Below the pieces are notes generated by a model, which did no database searches, was not told the DNA's origin, and saw only the letters and a program-made list of their open reading frames with translations. A DNA stretch of 50,638 nucleotides, from assembly GCF_006345805.1 (NCBI RefSeq), contig NW_021835089.1, positions 1 to 50,638 of the forward strand, read 5' to 3'. The DNA is from Octopus sinensis. Lineage: Eukaryota. Both the position numbers and the translations under genes were made by a program. This document shows positions 1 through 12,785 of this stretch, piece by piece. Numbering within the stretch: the first letter of the stretch is position 1; the number at the start of each line of letters is the position of its first letter.

Positions 1-782
1 CGAGTTGTGGACCGGAGCGTTGTCCTGCAGGAGGAGGATGCCTTTGATGATCTTGCCCCGCCTCTTGGTTTCGATAGCTTCTCTTAATTTCCTCAAAATG
101 AAACATGATAGGCTCCTGTATTGTGGTACCCTTTGCCAGGAAATCTGTCATCACTACTCCGTCCTGGTCCAGAAGACTGTAAGCATGGCCTTGCCAGCGG
201 AGGGCTGCACCCTTGCCTTCTTTGGAGGAGGTGAGTCATGGTGCTTCCACTGCATTGTGGGCTTTGGTCTCTGGATCATAGTAATGGACCCAGGTCTCAT
301 CCTGTGTAATCAGTCTTTTGAAAAATTTGACTCATCTTCTTGGCACATCCCTAAATTCTTGCTTCTGGAATTCTTGCGTTCTTGCGTCTGGAAAAGTGTG
401 AGCAACCTGGAAATCCATCTGGCAGCCACCTTTTGCATATGCAATGGTCATGAATGATAGTTTCCACAGACCGGTACTAATCTTGACCTCATGGGCTATT
501 TGGCGAATAGTTATGCGTCGATCTTCCAAATGGCAGCCTCAACTTGACGGACAGATGCCTCATCAATGGCAGAAGGGGTACGACCAGACCTGGGAGCTGT
601 TCCACAGAGTTCCGACCATGTTTGAATTCACGATGCCAGCGTTTTACAAGTCATATGATGGGGCATCATCACCATAAGTTACTTTCATTCATTAGAAGTC
701 TCCTGTTGTGTGCGTCATTTCAAATACAAAAACCGGATCACTGCTCGACACTCAAACATGCTCCATTCCCACTTGACTCATT
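1..782 (-). pseudogene. Mariner DDD transposase pseudogene (stops and frameshifts)
   Basis: Manual translation gives CRAVIRFLYLK, EDRRITIRQIAHEVKIS (HTH), KVAARWISR (WVPxxL-like), ITQDETWVHYYDPET (first Asp) and GILLLQDNAPVHNS (second Asp). Confidence 0.92.
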
Positions 783-925
783 TCAAACACCTGTAAATCA
801 GAAACCACAATTAGTTCGGAGCTGTAATTTGCCACTTAATCTATAGAGATATCAATAATTGCACATGCAAAATTTCAAACAAAGGCAAGTGGGTCAGAGG
901 CATTACTTATTGAACGCCCCTCGTA
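1..925 (-). mobile_element. Tc1/Mariner (mariner-family) DNA transposon, 5' half; runs off the window start
   Basis: Minus strand begins TA-CGAGGGGCGTTCAATAAGTAATG (mariner-type TIR with TA target site at 924-925), followed by a decayed transposase. Confidence 0.92.
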
Positions 926-939
926 TGTATATATGTGTT

Positions 940-1123
940 ATATAGTGCAATACAATACTGTATTTCTATACATTAATTTATTAATTTTTAGGTGTGAAAA
1001 TGGCTATTTTATCATAGAAATATTTAAATCTAAAAAAGTATAAATACCTATCGGCCGCAATAATCCGTGATATACTAAGGAGTCCGCAATAGGTGAACCG
1101 TGACGTGGCGAAAGAGTACAGTA
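940..1123. mobile_element. Tigger/pogo-like non-autonomous element remnant (terminal part)
   Basis: End reads gagtccgcaataggtgaaccgtgacgtggcgaaagagtacagTA, resembling Tigger-type TIRs; related to the ends of 34686-34906. Confidence 0.45.
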
Positions 1124-1134
1124 TATAGATAGAT

Positions 1135-1168
<34 letters not shown>

Positions 1169-1227
1169 TGATAGATATTATATTATATTATATTTGTTGT
1201 TTTACGCCTTACTAATTATTAAACCGA

Positions 1228-1520
1228 TAAACGTTGCCCTTTTCAAGACTAACCAGGTTCATGGACCCGGTTTCCCGTTTTCTATGGTGTATGTGTCCCT
1301 CATAGTTGGACGGGACGCCAGTCCATCGCAGCGTTACTCAAGAAACAGGAAGAGAGTGTGCGAGATAGAAATGTCGTCGCCACTACCCACTGCCGGAGCC
1401 TCGTGTCAGCTTTTAGGTGTTTTCACACAATAAACATACGCAACGCCCGGTCTGGTAATCGAAACCGCGATCCTCGACCGCGAGTCCGCTGCCCTAACCA
1501 CTAGGCCATTGCGCCTCCAC
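1228..1520 (-). mobile_element. tRNA-derived SINE (family A)
   Basis: Minus-strand head GGAGGCGCAATGGCCTAGTGGTTAGG (A box) ... GGTTTCGATTACC (B box); body gggacgccagtccatcgcagcgttactca shared with 32036-32286. Confidence 0.88.
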
Positions 1521-1551
1521 ATACTAATTATTAGCGAGCCATATACATATA

Positions 1552-1592
<41 letters not shown>

Positions 1593-1594
1593 TG

Positions 1595-2024
1595 TCTCCC
1601 CGCGGCCATTACAACAACTTCACAAGCCAGCCCCATACTCAACTCGTCCTGTCGAAAGACCCTTGTCTTACGTCCTGGTTTGTTTTGTTGTTTATTTTTT
1701 ATTTTTACCGTTATTGTTTTACGTTTTTGTATTCTTATTGGTGTCACGTATTCTGTATTTTGTTCGTGTACTTCGTTCGTTTTCCGTCCTCGTGTTGTAT
1801 ACATTCGAAGCTTCTTCCAGGGGATCTAATGCGCTTGGCTTAGATTTCCCTTGGCGGGCTGGCCATATCGGAGCAATCTCAAGATTAATCAGCCGAATTG
1901 CTAAGATGATCTGGTTCTTGACTGATGACTGAGGGCTTCGAATGTCCCGTCCTGTGGGTCTTGTGTCGTCTCTGTGGTGTTTCATGTTCTTGGTCCATGT
2001 CTGTAATTATTTTTACTGTTTACC
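1595..2024. mobile_element. Structured ORF-less element inserted in (TA)n, probably Penelope-like/retroposon-derived
   Basis: GC-richer island flanked by (TA)n on both sides; inverted repeat acattcgaagc (1801) / gcttcgaatgt (~1935) encloses further hairpins; motif cgtcctcgYgttgt shared with the element at 40285-40482. Confidence 0.5.
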
Positions 2025-2131
<107 letters not shown>

Positions 2132-2824
2132 TATATGTGTGTGTGTGGAGGTGAAAAATATATATATATATATATGTATTTTCTTAATATATCTAACTGT
2201 AGTGTAACTATAATTACGTAGTCTCAGACACTATTTCTACGAATGTATATTATTATCCTAAGTATTTACCTTATATACTTTAATTCTATCCCCATCTACA
2301 ATACTAAATAATATTACTCTTATCTTCCATTACAACCTAAGCTCTATGTGCTTATACCTTTGTACTTATTATTCTTATTGTCTTCCATATGTTTAATGTA
2401 TTTTTAAGATTACTGTCTATTAAATATTTACGTATATCTTTGAACTTATAATTTTTAATTTAATGTTGTCATTTTTTTTGTTAATATCAATCCCTAGAAA
2501 TTTTATTTAGCATCACTTTGTTATTATTTTTTCACTTATATTTTCTAGGCTCTTAATGATAAAATTATGTTTCATTTTTTCATATATCAAAATTATCTAC
2601 AAGTTACTTTTTAATATATTTTACTAAATTTCCCTTTCCTTCTTTAGAAAACCGTCTTATTAATATCTATTAATTTTATTCTTATTAATTTCCATACCCT
2701 TTAAGGTTCTTTTTTTCTTCAAATATTGACTCTTTGCTATTGAAACGTTACATCGATGGATTATTTTTTATCATGGGTTTCTTTTAACCTCAAGACCTAG
2801 CTTAATATCTCCATTAATTTAAAA

Positions 2825-2855
<31 letters not shown>

Positions 2856-2919
2856 TAATGCAGATATGTAAATAATCTATTACTTCTAAAATATAATAAA
2901 ATAAATTTATTATACATTG

Positions 2920-3285
2920 CCGCAGGCGTGAGCCACATCGTTCCATGTACTGTCCGTGTGTCACTTTGGACAAATATCTTCGACTATAGCCTCGGGCTTT
3001 GTGGGTGGATTTCGTAGGCGGAAACTGAAAGAAGCCTTCGCATATATATATATATGTGTGTGGTGTGTGTGTGTGTATGTGTGTGTATTTGTCCGCCATC
3101 ACGCGTCACAATCGCTTTTGGTGTATTTACGTCCCCGTAACTTAGCAGTTCAGGAAAAGATACCGATAGAATAAGTATTAGGCTTAGAAAATAAGCCTTG
3201 GAGGTCAATTTGTTCGACTAAATATCTTGCTGCGGTACTCCAGAATGGCTGCAGTCAAATGACTGAAGGAAACAAATATACAAGA
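2920..3285 (+). mobile_element. tRNA-derived SINE family C (bipartite, internal (TA)/(TG) microsatellite)
   Basis: gtggatttcgtaggcggaaactgaaagaagcc, then microsatellite, then tttacgtccccgtaacttagc...gcagtcaaatgactga; homologous to 13978-14345 and 44861-45285. Confidence 0.85.
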
Positions 3286-3524
3286 TAGAATACACGTTTA
3301 CGAAGCCGCGAAACAATTGGTGCTGCACAAGAATTTCAAATGGTAAATTAAATGATATCATAGTACATTTCTCTCGTTATCTATAATTTTATTCACTGCT
3401 CATAATTTTCTCCTGCATTCTACTATATATTCTATGTTTTGTAGAATGACATATTAAGGTGCTTTTTTATGAATGCCACCTGATTAGTTGAAGCCATATG
3501 TGGTGACTTAAATGTGTGTATGTA

Positions 3525-3578
<54 letters not shown>

Positions 3579-3647
3579 ATATATTTGTATACATATATAT
3601 ATGTGTATATATATATATATATGTATGTTGTATGTTATGTATGTATG

Positions 3648-3687
<40 letters not shown>

Positions 3688-3904
3688 TATATATATACAA
3701 ATATATGTATTATTTATATTCTGGGCTGTAGTATACATACACTATTAAAAATAATGGACCACTGTTGGATAAAGGGAGGTTATTATGTACAGTTTGGGTT
3801 AGGTTTGGGGTTAGGATGAGTCAGGTTAAAGTTTACTGCTAGGGCTTAGTTTATGTCCAGTGTTAAGTTTAATATCGCATTAGGTTCAGGGAAAGATAAA
3901 TATA

Positions 3905-3939
3905 TAGATCGATAGGTAAGTAGATAGATAGATAGAGAG

Positions 3940-4010
<71 letters not shown>

Positions 4011-4012
4011 AT

Positions 4013-4057
<45 letters not shown>

Positions 4058-4168
4058 GTAAGTAGATAGATAGATAGATAGATAGTAAGTTACCTAGGTA
4101 GATAGGTAGGTAGGTAGGTAGGTAGGTAGGTAGGTAGGTAGGTAGGTAGGTAAGTATGTAGGTAGGTA
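3905..4168. repeat. Compound microsatellite (GATA)n then (GGTA)n
   Basis: Direct inspection. Confidence 0.97.
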
Positions 4169-4324
4169 GAATGTATTCATAAAGCTGGATATCTTTACAA
4201 TATGACACACTCCAGAATCTTGAGATAGTTTATATAATCGTAGCTTTTGCCCATACCTAGACTCTTTATTCACTGCAGTATTTTGAAAGGGAATGCACCA
4301 CCAACAATACTCAATGAAGAAAAA

Positions 4325-4530
4325 GCGGTTTCAAATTTTGGCGCTGAGCCAGCAGGTTTCGATTGGAGATGGAAGTCAATTACATTCACCCCAGTATTTG
4401 ACTGGTATCTATTTTATTGACACTTGAAAGGATGAAAGACAATGTCATCCTCAGTGGAATTTAAGCTCAGAATGTAAAGATGGGCGAAATGCCGTTGAGC
4501 ATTTTGTACGGCATGATCACAACCTTGCAC
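4325..4530 (-). mobile_element. tRNA-derived SINE family B, decayed
   Basis: gactggtatctattttattgacacttgaaaggatgaaagac..ggaatttaagctcagaatgtaaag matches the better copies at 36590-36735. Confidence 0.75.
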
Positions 4531-5524
4531 AATGAATAGATAATAAAAAAACACGTTCTATCCATTGAAATTTTTTTCTGATAATATTTAACGTTTATGA
4601 TTATAATTTAGACTCAATTAGCAAATTTGCTAGATCAAATTAATAATGGTTACTAGTTCTACTGACAGATTTCAAACGATCTGATCTGTAAAGATGATTT
4701 AAAGCAATGTATTTAAAACAATTTGCAAGCTTCAGAACCCTAGCTAAAATCTGAAATATATAATTGAATTATACAATGTTATCGAGGTGTGACTTTGCTA
4801 GAGCAGGCATCACAGCTTTGAGGATATCAAAATGTATTCAATATATTGAGTTAGACTGCGATTGTGAAATCTGAGATTCTGAACAGAACCACCCAAAAGC
4901 CTTGTCCAAAGTACAGGAAACTGATAAAATACAGCAAAGTGGGTATGAAGAAGGAAACTAAAATAATTCTCACTAAAAACTTAACCCAAAACCAGAAATG
5001 TAATTATATTGTATCTATCCCCGCCACAAATATCTGAAATGTAATTATATCAATGATAGCTTTTCTTCTCGATGAAAAATTATTCGCATGCTTCTAATCA
5101 TCGCTTTGTGTGTGAGTGTGTGTGTGTGTGTGTGGTGGGGTGCTTCTGGATATTCCGAAAGAAAATAAGTGTTTACGCACTTTTGAAATATTTTGATACT
5201 GTCTTAACGTCTCCAAGATATATCTTAGTAGGAAAACACACATACCTACACACACATATAACTGTAAGTATTAGAGACGTCTATGGAAATAGTGAGCTGA
5301 GAATACAGTTAGCATATTTAGTAACTGGAAGTTGTAAGTTGCCAGGGATGGTCAGGCCCCCCGGCATAGCTGGTCCTCACACTTAAGATCTAATAGGGTC
5401 ACAACCTGTTACCCCCACTTCAACCAAGTGAGATGATGTAGAAGCTGCACAAGCTGGAGAGAGTAATCAGCTAGACCCGAGGAACCTGGCCTGTTATTTA
5501 GTGAGAGGGGACCAGTCCATGACG

Positions 5525-5670
5525 TCAATCCCAGTGTTTCACTGGCACTTAATTTATCGACCGTGAAAAGATGAAAAGCACAATCGAAATGGCGTTATTT
5601 GAACTCAGAACGGAGCGATGGTCGAAATACCGCTAAGCATGCTAACGACTGTGCCAGATAGCCACCTTAG
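5525..5670 (-). mobile_element. tRNA-derived SINE family B
   Basis: ttatcgaccgtgaaaagatgaaaagc..tttgaactcagaacg..aaataccgctaagcatgctaacgactgtgccagatagccacctt. Confidence 0.8.
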
Positions 5671-6031
5671 CTTCAGATATGATAATAGCATAATAAATGT
5701 AACAAGATGTTAAAATCCCCTGTATTATCGCTCTGCTGTTGTCGTATTTACCATATATTCGGCTTGGATATTAACACCAATATTGCAAATTATAAAAAAT
5801 CAATCCAAATCCAAAGTTCTAAGATTTACGTTCCGTTTGAAGATGCATAAATATAAGTCTGTAGAAGAAAAACTGGGTTTTTATATTTTTTATTTTCAAG
5901 AAGAGGGTGGTGAGATTCTTTCTCATTTTTTTCTGTTGTTATTTAGAAACATTCATGCTGCTGAATATATAATAATCCGAAGGGCAGTGATGACGAGAAG
6001 ATAAAGGATTCTGAATTTATTATGCGTGTGC

Positions 6032-6090
<59 letters not shown>

Positions 6091-6680
6091 CGTGTGTGTT
6101 TCTGTGTGTGCGTGTGTAAATATATATATTTATATATGTATATATGTGCATGCATATACATACATATATATATATATATATATATGTGTTTGTGTGTGTA
6201 TGTGTGAATGTATGTATGTATGTATGTATATATAAACTGACCTCCTTCAGTGTCTCCAGAAGTGATACTACTATGACATATTGAAGTGTAATTCAAAGTA
6301 ATTCTTGTTTATACATATCTTTTCTATGCTCTTCAATCTTCCTATTCAATCTATCCAAGTTTTTTTTTTAAATATTAAAACCCATCCACGCAATTAGAAG
6401 TCATTGTGAGATTAGGATTGGTAGATTTCAAAGTATAATTTATAGTAACCATTTTCCACCAAACGCTGAAAGGAAGAAAGCAAAAAAATACTTATTACGC
6501 TTAGTATTTACCTGTGGCTCACGTATTCTGTAACACAATTTAGCTGTCGTTCCTATATAGCATACTCTCAGAGCTTCAATATTTATTTGACATCATTGAA
6601 CTAACCACAATATAAAGCTATTTATTCAAGAGTGTAAAGAGATCGTGTCATCGTAGACATTTTTTTTATTTTCTGTGTAG

Positions 6681-6751
6681 GTTTTTTAATTTTATTATTA
6701 CATTTTCATTTATCTATGCTACGTGGCATTGCCCATGGTTTTAGTAGAATG
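6681..6751 (+). CDS. Candidate exon of an unidentified plus-strand gene (hydrophobic, signal-peptide-like)
   Basis: Acceptor tttttttattttctgtgtag, donor ATG|GTGAGT; phase-1 frame open: xFLILLLHFHLSMLRGIAHGFSRM. No homology evidence. Confidence 0.3.
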
Positions 6752-7654
6752 GTGAGTAAATAAGACTTAATCAGATTAAAGAATTTTGGCTTATCTTTAC
6801 AAGGTAGGTTTTCGCGTTTTACAATGGAAAAGCGTATAGTAGATTTGCGGTATATATTTTCATCAATTAAAAATATTGATTATTTCATTTACTAAGTGGG
6901 ACTACAAATTTTCTAGTAATGAAAGATAAATTCGATTTTTTTATGTATATTATGGAGCCTTAACTAACGGGCGGTAATATTAACACCAACAAGTTTTGAA
7001 CTTGTGTTGCTGCACTCAGTGAGCCAAACTGGCTTGCTTACTTGAAACATAGAATAATGTAAATATTCCTTATATTTAGCTGTTCCATCTCAGCTATCCA
7101 TAGAACTCTACAATATTTGTCAAACGATTTAGTTGTAGAGCGGCCGTTCAGCTCTGATTGTGTGAGCATATAACCGAAAGCATTCTAACCGTGTTTTCCC
7201 CTTTTTCTTAGACACAGTGCATCCAGTATTGCGTCAGCCAAATTACTCTCCTTTTCAGTCTGAATAACTGTTGACAATTCATAGCATGTAGGTGTCCACA
7301 TGGCTGAAACTCTCTCAATGGGACATAACTTTGTTTGTTGTCATAATTGTTATCATTTGGACAACTTCAGCCCTGAATCTGCATCCCACTAATCCATATA
7401 GTTTCGACACTTAATGTTGGGATTTCATACTTTTTTCTCCATATCAGTTATTACATTTTCCCATCTATCTTTTACAATATAAGCAGTTTGGGTTGGATTT
7501 GTTAGGAGTTTAAAACTTAGTCCGCCACAAGGCGTACCCTGAACTCGTTCCTAATTGTTCTTACTTTTGAGCCACTTTTCCAGATGATAGAAAGTTTGAA
7601 GAGAGTCAAGCTCCCTTAGTGGGGTTAAGGTTACTGCTTCGTCTAGGGGCCGGA

Positions 7655-7855
7655 TTATGATTAGGGTTAGGATTAGGTTTATGGTTAGTATTAATATTAG
7701 GTTAGGCTTAGTATTAGTATTAGGGGTTGACGTTAGAGTTATAGTTAGGGTTAAAGAGAGAGTCAGATGTAGGTTCACTGCTAGGGCTAGATTTATATTT
7801 AGTGTTAGGTTAATTTCGGCTTAGGTTCAAAGTAAGGGTTAGTTAGTTAGTTAGT
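7655..7855 (+). repeat. Degenerate (TTAGGG)-like tract
   Basis: ttagggttaggattaggtttatggttag...gttagggtta; a shorter counterpart lies at 3793-3890. Confidence 0.6.
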
Positions 7856-8815
7856 TAGTTAGGTAGGTAGGTAGGTAGGTAGGTAGGTAGGTATGTATGT
7901 ATGTATGTAGGTAGGTAGGTAGGTAGGTAGGTAGGTAGGTAGGTAGGTAGGTAGGTAGGTAGGTAGGTAGGTAGGTAGAATGTATTCCTAAGAGATAATA
8001 ACTTCATGGCACACTCTAGAATCTTCAAGATATTATACATAACCGTAACCTAGACACTTTATTAACTGCACTATTTTGAAAGGGTGTGCACCGCTAACAA
8101 TACTTAATGAAGAGAGAAACTGATTCAAGTTTTGGCACAAGGCCAACAAATTCCGAGGGGAGGTGGAAGTCAATAACATCCACCCCATTACGTGACTGGT
8201 GCCTGTTAGAATTTCAGCTCAGAATGTAAAGACGGACGAAATGTCGCTAAGCGTTTTCTACGGCATACTAACAACTCTTCCCGCTCACCACCTTGCGCAA
8301 TGAATAGATAATATAAAAAATACATATGTTCAATCCATAAAAAAGTATATTTTTTTCTGATAATGTTTATCGTTCATGTTTATAGCTCTGATTTAATTAG
8401 CAAATTCGCTTGATCAGACTAACAATGGTTACTAATTCCACTGACAAATTGCAATCGATCTGATCTGTAAAGATGATTTAAAACGATATATAAAAACGAG
8501 GAGCAAGCTTCATAACCTTAGCAAAAATGTAAAATACGTAATTGAATTATACAATGGTATCGAGGTGTGACATTACTGGAGTAGGCATCACCAGCTTTGA
8601 TGATATCAAAAGGAATTCGATATATTAAGTTAGACAGAGATTGTGAAATCTGAGATTCAGAATAGAACCACCCAAATGCTTTGTCCAAAATACAGGAAAC
8701 TGATAAAATACAGCATAGGAGGCATGAAGAAAGAAACTAAAATAATTCTCATTAAAAACTTAACCCAAAACCAGAAATGTAATTATATATTATCTATTCA
8801 AGCCACAAATATCCG
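7725..8815 (+). repeat. Local direct duplication, copy 2 (partner 3795-5036); contains (GTTA)/(GGTA)/(GTAT) microsatellite 7840-7978 and a SINE-B remnant ~8115-8295
   Basis: Colinear alignment by eye with copy 1. Confidence 0.92.
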
Positions 8816-9537
8816 TTTTACTATAATATACTTAAAGATAAGTAAGACGAAATTCCTCAACAGAGAAACCGAAAACTCCTCCCTACATTCCAAACACACC
8901 AACCTAAAACTGATATAGAAGCGTGCACTTATCAGGCACAGCAAGAGGAAGATCCCGGGCAAAAATAAATAATGAATATTTAGTCTCTGCAGAGGGTCTC
9001 GAAAATTACTTCCAGTAAGAAAAGTAGACTGGTCTTTATAACTCCACATATCAGACTACAAAAACTTGAGAAGAATACAAAGCATTTTATCTATTTACCA
9101 GTTAAGGGTATCTTGCACAGTAGAAGCTAATTACAAAAAGAAAAAAAGTGGTTTAGATAAAGATCAGACGACAGAATAAGGTATGGAAAGGATCCAAGTA
9201 TAACAATAACTAAATTCAAAATGGGAAAGACTATTCTTTACACAGTTAGTATTCTGCGGGATTTGACAGAATGACTTAAACTAATGTTAAAGCCTCGCCA
9301 TCAAAAAGACGATCTTGATTGGAGGTAGTTAAATAAGTTCTTATTTTAGATTCACGAAATCATTTCGTATCCTTAGTCAATTATAGACTTTGCAATTAAT
9401 ATAACGAAACGATCCACCCGTCATTTCCGGCTGTTCGATCTTCGCAAAGGGAGAATATATTCACCGATATACTTGGATTGGTGGGTATAGTCATTGAATA
9501 AACGATATACTTTTGTGTGGAAATGTCTGAATTTTCC

Positions 9538-9642
9538 TTAATGGAAATAGCTATGAAAGTTATATAAGAATGCACCAAACACCGCATGTAATAATGACAT
9601 AGCCGCAATATTCAGGGATATGTCTGTGTCAGCTAGTTTGAG
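9538..9642 (-). CDS. Candidate terminal exon with hydrophobic C-terminus
   Basis: Acceptor ccttttacag; the longest frame (the other two stop within four codons) reads LKLADTDISLNIAAMSLLHAVFGAFLYNFHSYFH*. No upstream partner identified. Confidence 0.2.
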   Translation of the reverse strand, partial: LKLADTDISLNIAAMSLLHAVFGAFLYNFHSYFH

Positions 9643-10369
9643 CTGTAAAAGGATCCGTCCAAATGATTAATGCTAAAACTTTTGTTTTGCACAGACATCT
9701 CACTCTCTCTCCCTCTTTCTGTCTGTCTCTCTCTCGGAAGGGAAACGCCACACAGCAGGGAGAAGAAAAGCTATCACATTAAAAGAATCTCTGTTATGGG
9801 AACGACGAAAAATCCAATGAACAAAAAAAGCAGGAAAATAATTACAGGATTGGCAATTTACACAAAAATCCCAAATGCGACTGATTAAAATCACTGAAGG
9901 GTATGCATTTTACTAAATATGCAGAAATGCAATTTACGCAACACAAAATCTATATATTCATCTGTATTATAAAAGATTTTAAATGAAACAAGTGCAATAC
10001 ATAGGCACATAAAATAACGAAACAAACAGCCAAGGTAAATGACACTCGAGCCAAAGTTGAAATTTGTACGACGACGATAAGCATGGTTGAAATAGCGACT
10101 GAATCTCTTAAACCTCCTGATTAGAAACTAAGAAAAAGTTTTATTATATCTTGCCCGTATTCTGTATTTATATCTGGATGAAATATACTTAAGACAAGGT
10201 TTTTCAACGGGTGCTAGATGCGGAAACATTTACAGCCAATTGTTACTCAGACCAAATGATGTCTTAAACAGAAGCAGCTACATTGGATACTCAAAAATAA
10301 TAGAAACAATGTATTTATGATCCTGATGAGCTTTCCAACGGGCGCTAGTGTAGTTATAGGTTTATATCA

Positions 10370-10500
10370 GCTGTAGGGTTAAGATGCTTTCTTCCAAATA
10401 ATGCGGACATGTGTTCAGCCTCGATGCACAGCATTTTGGACAAATGACTTCTGCTATAGCTACGGTCTGGCCAAAATTTGGGAGTGATTTTGGCAGGCGT
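10370..10500 (-). mobile_element. SINE family C 5' fragment
   Basis: ttggacaaatgacttctgctatagc..ggagtgattttgg resembles the SINE-C head region; strongly decayed, so orientation and limits are uncertain. Confidence 0.4.
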
Positions 10501-10584
10501 TGTATATTCATATATACGTGTGGTGGCATGTTGGCGTGTATGTATATACAAATGCATATACACGTGTACATGTCGCGTATATAT

Positions 10585-10596
10585 CTATATATATAT

Positions 10597-10659
<63 letters not shown>

Positions 10660-10864
10660 GTATGTATATATGTGTATGTATGTATGTATATATGTATATG
10701 TATGTATGTATGTATGTATATATGTATATGTATGTATGTATATATGTATATGTATGTATGTATGTATATATGTATATGTATGTATGTATGTATATATGTA
10801 TATGTATGTATGTATATATGTATATGTATGTATGTATATATGTATATGTATGTATGTATATATG

Positions 10865-10896
<32 letters not shown>

Positions 10897-10915
10897 TGTG
10901 TGTGTGTGTGTGTGT
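10585..10915. repeat. (TA)n, then higher-order TATATG/TATG repeat, then (TG)n
   Basis: Direct inspection; recurring unit TATATATGTATATG(TATG)2-4. Confidence 0.95.
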
Positions 10916-11165
10916 GAAGGCATGTGGCTTAATGGTTAGGGTATTCGGCTCGCGATCGTATGTTCGCGAGTTCGATTCACGGCGGCGCGTTGTATCCTTG
11001 AGCAAGACACTTTATTTCAAGGAGTCATACTTGTCATGCTGAATCTTCTTGAGAAGTATGTTAAGGGGTACTCGTGTCTGTGGAGTGCTCAGCTATTTAC
11101 ACGTTAATCTTACGAGCAAGCTGTACCATTGATCGGATTAAGGGGAACCCTTTTCGTCGTGAGAG
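10916..11165 (+). mobile_element. tRNA-derived SINE (family A-related head)
   Basis: A box TGGCTTAATGG, B box GAGTTCGATTC, then gttgtatccttgagcaagacact; similar decayed body at ~31850-32020. Confidence 0.85.
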
Positions 11166-11201
11166 ACTGAGTGACAATGTATATATATATATATATATAT
11201 A

Positions 11202-11234
<33 letters not shown>

Positions 11235-11235
11235 A

Positions 11236-11319
<84 letters not shown>

Positions 11320-11650
11320 GATTTAGAGATGTCTCTCTATGCCAGTATAAGTGTGTGGTGCCATTGTCTGTTTGTCCCCAACCACCTCTTGACAACTGGT
11401 GCTTATTTTGTCTACGTCTTTGTAAGTTTGCACTTATGTAAATGAGATTCATAGAGAAAGTACAAGGATTTAAAATTGCGTTGCCAATTTTACATATTAA
11501 ACCCTTTTCTCGAAGCTGGTCCACATTAAAGACTTGTGTTATATAAGACTGGTCCCTTCTCAATGTACCCCCAAGTCATTAGCGTGTATAAATCATGCAA
11601 ACGATTATATCTAAGAGCATACGTCGTCATAATGCGGGACATAGCAAGAC

Positions 11651-12004
11651 ATTTGACTACAGCCATGCTGGGGCACCGCCATGAAGAATTTTCGTTGTAA
11701 GCCTGATAGTACTATATCGCCCTCTTCTGTTGAACTGCTAAGTTACAGGTGCGTAAACAGAGTAACACCGTTTGTCAAATGGTGGTGTGTAGAAAAACAC
11801 AGATATAAAGACACACACATATATAAATATATACATACAGAGAGCGAGAGAGACGGGGGACCTCTTTCAGTTTCCGTCTACCAAATCCACTCACAGGTCT
11901 TTTGTCTGCCCGAGGTTATATTAGCAGAAAAGACAATTACCCAAAATGACACGCGGTGGGACTGAGCCCGGAACCATGTTTTCTTAACACGCAGCCATGT
12001 CTGC
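11651..12004 (-). mobile_element. SINE family C
   Basis: Reverse complement of the SINE-C consensus: ctttcagtttccgtctaccaaatccactcac...gggactgagcccggaaccatg. Confidence 0.87.
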
Positions 12005-12043
<39 letters not shown>

Positions 12044-12247
12044 CCTCTTTCTCTCTCCCTCTCTCTCTCTTTACATATATATATATATATATGCTTGTTT
12101 TCAGTGAGCCTCCTGTGGCTTCGGAGTACATCTAACTCTATTTCTAGCAAAACTGGTAATTTCTAGAACTATAATGTTTTGAACTTGCCTATACGGTTCA
12201 TGCTTTGAATTGCCACTAATATTAGTATTCATTGTTCATAATAGTAT

Positions 12248-12322
<75 letters not shown>

Positions 12323-12619
12323 TATATATATACATACACACACATACACACTGTGTATACACGTAGTTCGTATTGATACGTTCACCGTAATGCTTAACAC
12401 TGATATCTTTTCAAAAAATGAGATCACACGAAGGATGATTAAACGGTCCAGATCTTTCAAATGGAAATCAGAAAAATTTGGTGCATACATCCACACACAA
12501 GTACGCGTGTATGTATGCGTGTATGGGTGTGTGGGTGGGTGTATGTGTGTGTGTGTGTGTAGATAGATATAGATATATAGACTGATTGATTAATAGAGAG
12601 ACAGAAAAGGGTTAGTTAT

Positions 12620-12678
12620 ATATAGAGATAGATAAATAGATAGATATATAGATAGATGGATAGATAGATAGATAGATG

Positions 12679-12776
<98 letters not shown>

Positions 12777-12785
12777 CAGATAGAC
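12620..12785. repeat. (GATA)n microsatellite
   Basis: Direct inspection. Confidence 0.97.

Larger units (their letters stand above)
3795..5036 (+). repeat. Local direct duplication, copy 1 (partner 7725-8815)
   Basis: Colinear similarity from ctgctagggc..ttaggttca through aaaaacttaacccaaaaccagaaatgtaattata..gccacaaatatc, including the same embedded SINE. Confidence 0.92.

Noticed and set aside
5-457. 150-aa plus-strand ORF
   Set aside because: Antisense shadow of the mariner transposase.
1450-1520. tRNA-like sequences (also 10916-10990, 32215-32286, 44861-44935)
   Set aside because: SINE heads with A/B boxes but no complete cloverleaf; they continue into SINE bodies.
7655-7855. Interstitial telomere
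   Set aside because: Too degenerate and duplicated with its flanks; more likely part of a repeat element than a fusion scar.
10323-10350. CTGATGA motif (also ~31848 and ~47308)
   Set aside because: No correctly spaced GAAA or helices.
10478-11042. Long ORFs of YI/CV/MY/HT repeats (also 29376-30110, 30454-30954 and many others)
   Set aside because: Stop-free translations of (TA)n, (TG)n and (TATG)n microsatellites, not genes.
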